Below, in pieces: positions 47,973 to 52,057 of a stretch of DNA of 52,057 nucleotides. Within the stretch, counting starts at the first letter, position 1, and the number at the start of each line of letters is the position of its first letter. This stretch comes from Thermoproteota archaeon (GTDB lineage: Archaea > Thermoproteota > Methanomethylicia > Methanomethylicales > Methanomethylicaceae): positions 1 through 52,057 of the forward strand of contig JASFYL010000003.1 in assembly GCA_030055575.1 (NCBI GenBank), in the 5' to 3' direction. A program made the position numbers and the translations under genes. A model generated the notes under the pieces. The model was given only the letters and a program-made list of their open reading frames with translations, was not told where the DNA came from and ran no database searches.

Positions 47973-48727
47973 ATTCTTCGGTAATCTGTTTGATAAACGC
48001 ATGAGACGATAAATTTTCTTATGATCGCAGATATGGATCTGCATAACTTCTTGTTGAACAACCTCAGGCGCACTTGACTTCAGGCAAAGTGGAATAAGAA
48101 AAAAATTTGCAGCTGAATCTGTTTTAAACAAGATGTGAGGAAGAACTTTTGGAAAGCTATATGAGAAAAGTATGGTGCAGCATTCTGGAAATTATGGATA
48201 TGGTCGCGGTGAGCACATAGAGTCTAGTGTTTCTCTAAAGCAAGCAGAAATTATAATCCGTTACAAGGTATTTTTCTGGATGTTGGAAAGGGGGAGTCCA
48301 ATTGACCATCGTTAACGCGTGATAAGTCTAGCATTTCGCCTCAGTTGCTAGGTATATTTCAAATGTTTGAGAAGGTGTTGCATGGCGTAATGTTGTGTGT
48401 GGGGCTTTGATGTTATCTCAGAATTAGTCAAGTCGATCACACTTCAGGCACTCTGCCTAGCTGTTGCCAATTCTCCTGTATCTTCACCAGGCAGCGATCT
48501 GGATTTTTTGATTCTGGGGGGTTCAGACACACCAAATTCCTTCAAAATAGCGCCCTGCATGTTATGGACTCTTGATATAGTATGCTTAGACTTTAAAGTA
48601 TTTTGAAATGAATGCCCGTGCAGCTGCCCAAAAAACCTTATGAAAGCATGTCCTCTATAGATAAGTGTGTTTTGAATGGTATATATTTTTAAGTATAATC
48701 GTTTCTAAATTATTTGAGAAATTATGC

Positions 48728-49304
48728 TTGAAGGAGCATCCGTTAAAAAATTATTATGTCAACTTTCAAAAAAAAGAGCTACTTAAATTAGCAAAAAAGA
48801 AGAACCTTCGTGAAGTACCTGAAAATTGGAACAAAGAAAAAATAGTCGACGCTCTTTCACTGTTTGTTACAAAATCAGATCTCTTTGAGTTAACTTCCAA
48901 TGCACTTAAGTCTAAAACTTCTGAAGGAAGAGGATATGAATTAAGAGAAATTGGAGATAAGCTTGGAAAAAAAGGTTCTCTCACTACTAGAAAGTAAAGG
49001 CTACAAATGTGAAAAGAATGTACGGATACTTGGCTCGGAATTTGATATTGTTGGACATAAGAAAGGGGGGATACTTAGAAGTGATGAATGGATATTTGTT
49101 GAATGTAAAAATAAACCTAGAGTCGTCCCATCCGATTTCAAGAAATTCTTAGGAAATTTTGAGCTATTCTGTAAGAAAGAAAAACTTGAAAGGGAACGTG
49201 TTCAAGCAGTTTTCTATACGACTGGATTGTTCGATGTAATGGTCAAAAAACAGGCGAGTGAATTTGCCAATATAAAACTAAAGAGAATAAGTTTAAAATA
49301 TTAA
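48728..49304 (+). pseudogene. Mrr-like PD-(D/E)xK restriction endonuclease, probably split by a frameshift near 48965-48973
   Basis: Overlapping ORFs 48665-48997 and 48951-49304; removing one base gives IGDKLEKKVLSLLESKGY…EFDIVG…FVECK. Confidence 0.6.
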
Positions 49305-49380
49305 ACTTACATAATTCTTAATTGGACTTTAAGATGCCTCCAAAGTTCCTAAAGATGTAATAAAAAATTAAAATTCTGGT

Positions 49381-49681
49381 GGCGTGTTGGTCATAACCCA
49401 CCTTCTGTTTTAGGCGGCATTCGACTATGCAGGCTACCCGGGCCTCGTGTGGACCTCACAGGCCTCTATTTGCCCTTGCTCCCCGCGGATTGGCCGTTTC
49501 AACGTAACCGCCGGCATACTCAACGGCTTGATTGTAACCGCATCACTGACACCCGCCGGCGGGCGTGCCGTTTCTGATCCAAGAGCAGGGGTCTCCCCCT
49601 ATGCCTCGCGGCATCGCGGTTCCACATGGAGGGTGGAGTTTCCTCAGACCTTGCGGTCCGTGAGCCGCCCACCAACTCGCC
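49381..49681 (-). ncRNA. rnpB: RNase P RNA
   Basis: P4 halves GAGGAAACTCCACCC and AACAGAAGGTGGGTTAT; P1 GGCGAGTTGGT/ACCAACACGCC; TGAAACGG and GAGCAAG conserved regions; ~301 nt. Confidence 0.95.
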
Positions 49682-49750
49682 ATTATACACTAGACGATTA
49701 AAGATAAATTCTTTTATACGTACGAGAACCGTGCAAAAATAATTAAAATC

Positions 49751-49776
49751 TTAGTCTGACCAGCTGGTCAGACTAA
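49751..49776. repeat. Perfect 26-bp palindrome
   Basis: TTAGTCTGACCAGCTGGTCAGACTAA equals its own reverse complement. Confidence 0.95.
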
Positions 49777-50173
49777 TTTAGGATTTTTCTGCTTATCGAA
49801 CTACATTTTTTAACACCTTTAACTTTAAATTAAAAATCACTATTATGTACAATGTTAACGCTTTAAATTAAAAAATTGCTATTTAATTCATATAATATGA
49901 AAAATATGTATAACTTTTACTAAAAGTAAAAGTATAAATATTTGTTTAAATTCTAAAATAGATTAAGCTTGATTGCAGCTAATTTGATCTATACTGACAG
50001 ACTTGTTTGGGAGATCGTGATGAAGGAAGTATGCTCTTCAGGCATCTTGTTGATAACGATCGGATTTTTCTTATTCGAAAACCTCCTGCGTATTAGAAAA
50101 TCCGAAGGGCAGGGAAGATTCGTGAGAATTTACTATTAGTCAGAATGATGTAATAAATGGGTTTGTTTCCTGC

Positions 50174-51028
50174 TTGGAGCATAATGATTATTTACTTTCA
50201 TCAACTAACATTCGTCTGGTAAGAGAATATATGATGCTTCAAAAGACCAGAGATTATTTCAAGGATCTTGTTGCTGTATTAAATATTAACAAAAAGCTCT
50301 TTCTCATTATGACATTAAGGATCCCTATTCTGTTGTTTTATTTGGTCGGAGCTGACGTACTGGCAACTAAAATTGATAGTTATTTCCTTAGGCAACCCCT
50401 AAATAATACAACGATTTCTAATGGGACTTTAAAATTTACGTTGCGAGATGTAGAAAGTTTCGTTATTTTGAGAGAAAACACTGAAAAAATGTTCAACAGA
50501 TACTTGACCCCAAAAAAAGGGGATGTTTTTCTGGATGTAGGTGCGCATATAGGCAAGTATACGATCAAAATCGCAAAGATTGTGGGTTCTAAAGGTAAGG
50601 TAATCGCAATTGAGGCTGATCCTAATAACTTTGATTTACTAAAAAGAAATGTCGAGATCAACAAGCTTGAAAATGTAACACTCTTTAATATCGCTGCTTG
50701 GAACTCGGCATGTAAATTGACATTTTACAAAGGTGACAGCTCAGGTCACGGAACCGTTAAAGGTAATAGACAATTCGGGAAATTTGTTTTAGACGCCAGA
50801 CCTATAGATGCCCTTCTTAAAGGAGAAAAGGTTGATTGGGTTAAAATAGACGTTGAGGGAGCTGAATACGAGGTATTGAAGGGGGCTATCCAAACTATTA
50901 AAATTAGTAGACCAAAATTGATTGTAGAAGTTTTCCCACAAAATAGAGAAACTGTTTTTGGGTTTATGAAAGAATTAGACTATCGATGGGATGTAATTTC
51001 TGAATATAATTATTTCTTTTATAATTAA
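50174..51028 (+). CDS. FkbM-family SAM-dependent methyltransferase
   Basis: VFLDVGAHIG.Y, IAIEADP.NF, KIDVEGAEYEVLKG; AT-rich. Start uncertain. Confidence 0.92.
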   Translation: MEHNDYLLSSTNIRLVREYMMLQKTRDYFKDLVAVLNINKKLFLIMTLRIPILLFYLVGADVLATKIDSYFLRQPLNNTTISNGTLKFTLRDVESFVILRENTEKMFNRYLTPKKGDVFLDVGAHIGKYTIKIAKIVGSKGKVIAIEADPNNFDLLKRNVEINKLENVTLFNIAAWNSACKLTFYKGDSSGHGTVKGNRQFGKFVLDARPIDALLKGEKVDWVKIDVEGAEYEVLKGAIQTIKISRPKLIVEVFPQNRETVFGFMKELDYRWDVISEYNYFFYN

Positions 51029-51186
51029 TTCACAACATCTAATATTTATCACTTAAATAAGTGGCATACTTTTTTCCAAAAATTATTGTATTTATAATTG
51101 AGCTTATAATAAAAGCTTAATCAAATGGTCATTTATATATTTAAATATTAAATAAAGATAACAGGCACTTTCATTTTTAAGTAAGT

Positions 51187-51686
51187 GAGCAGCTCATGCT
51201 TTACGCATATCTCCTTGACCCTTGTGGCTCCCCGTCCCTTGTTCTCGACGCAGCTGAGCCCCGTGATTGGCTTGAACCTGTGCTCAATCGAGTCCCACAT
51301 CTTGCTAATCATTTCCTCCTGAATAGCTGGTGTTGTAGCCTACTTGAGGCTCTGGCTAAGCTCTTCGAATGATGCGCCCAAGGCTTAGGCAGTTCCGTGC
51401 TCCGCTCGAATATCGACTCCTTGCTGAGCTTTGGCTGCTCGAGTATGAGTAGGAGAGACATTGCCTTCTAGTACCATTGTCTGAAGCACATACCTTCAAA
51501 TAGCTCGTACTCCTTGGCTAAGCACCTCTGGTGACAGACTGTTGCATCAACGATTGAGTCTGGCACACCAGCAAGTAGCATCTGGGTTATGAAGTTTATG
51601 AAAACTTCCTCAACATGTAGGGTCAAAGCGTGCACCTGCCATCGAGGGCTTCGAGAGTTGAGCTATAGGCCGGTGGACTGTTTCAT
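51187..51686 (-). pseudogene. Degraded unidentified coding remnant
   Basis: Protein-like minus-strand segments (VEEVFINFITQMLL…ELFEGMCFRQWY*…; SFEELSQSLK*…EEMISKMWDSIE) broken by stops and a frame change; GC-richer than its flanks. Confidence 0.35.
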
Positions 51687-51808
51687 AAAGACCCTAGCCA
51701 TAAGGGATTTCGCATTCGCTTTTGGAATAGATAATCTACGTTTTAATCTGTATTTGCCGTAACAAGTTTAATTATTTAGAAAATAAAAAGACGAACATAA
51801 AAATTGTT

Positions 51809-52057
51809 TTAGTATCGCGCGAATATTCTTCTGTACTTGCCCTCCAGGTACTCTGTGAAGTAGGCGGGGTTGACCCCCTCCCCGGTGATTCTCCTAAGGA
51901 GCTCCAACGGGTCGTACAGGTTGCCCTTGGAATGCACATTCTCCTTAAGCCACCCCCTGATCGGTGAGAAATTGCCCCTCCCAACCTCCTCCCAATGACC
52001 CTCGAGCTCCTTTTCAATCCTGGCAAGCATCTGGGCGCAGTAGATGTTCCCGAGTGC
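51809..52057 (-). CDS. M32 carboxypeptidase (Taq-type), 3' end; truncated by the window
   Basis: ALGNIYCAQ…GNFSPIRGWLKENVHSKG.LY.P.ELL..ITGE…YF.EYLE.KY. Confidence 0.9.
   Translation of the reverse strand, partial: ALGNIYCAQMLARIEKELEGHWEEVGRGNFSPIRGWLKENVHSKGNLYDPLELLRRITGEGVNPAYFTEYLEGKYRRIFARY

Noticed and set aside
49447-49701. 84-aa ORF in the track
   Set aside because: It lies antisense to the RNase P RNA gene.
1-52057. CRISPR array, rRNA, intact IS/transposase or integrase
   Set aside because: No regularly spaced repeats, rRNA signatures or DDE/tyrosine/serine recombinase motifs were recognised.

Overview
Archaeal chromosomal window. Elf1 together with PolD DP2, TFE, PAN and BHB-intron tRNAs suggests a TACK/Thermoproteota lineage such as Methanomethylicia or Bathyarchaeia (inference only). 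It is mostly housekeeping genes: tfe-trm56-mbf1/pan-PUA-nac; the HMG-CoA synthase-thiolase-DUF35 cluster; RPA-elf1-GGGPS-polyprenol kinase-DP2; glyA, Sec61beta, hypF, tiaS and tsr3; five tRNAs and RNase P RNA. Main highlights: (1) a wHTH + ATP-cone + full-length class III ribonucleotide reductase (NrdD)-fold protein that appears to lack both catalytic cysteines and has a tandem direct repeat upstream, a candidate pseudoenzyme nucleotide-sensing regulator; (2) a ~1.1 kb non-coding region with ORB-like motifs and an AT-rich core, flanked by two small wHTH genes and no cdc6/orc1, a candidate replication origin; (3) a trp operon in mid-decay; (4) a tRNA-Leu with two BHB introns; (5) a FYVE-like zinc-finger microprotein and decayed restriction-system genes. 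No CRISPR array, rRNA or intact transposase was seen. All family assignments come from motif recognition by eye, not database searches.
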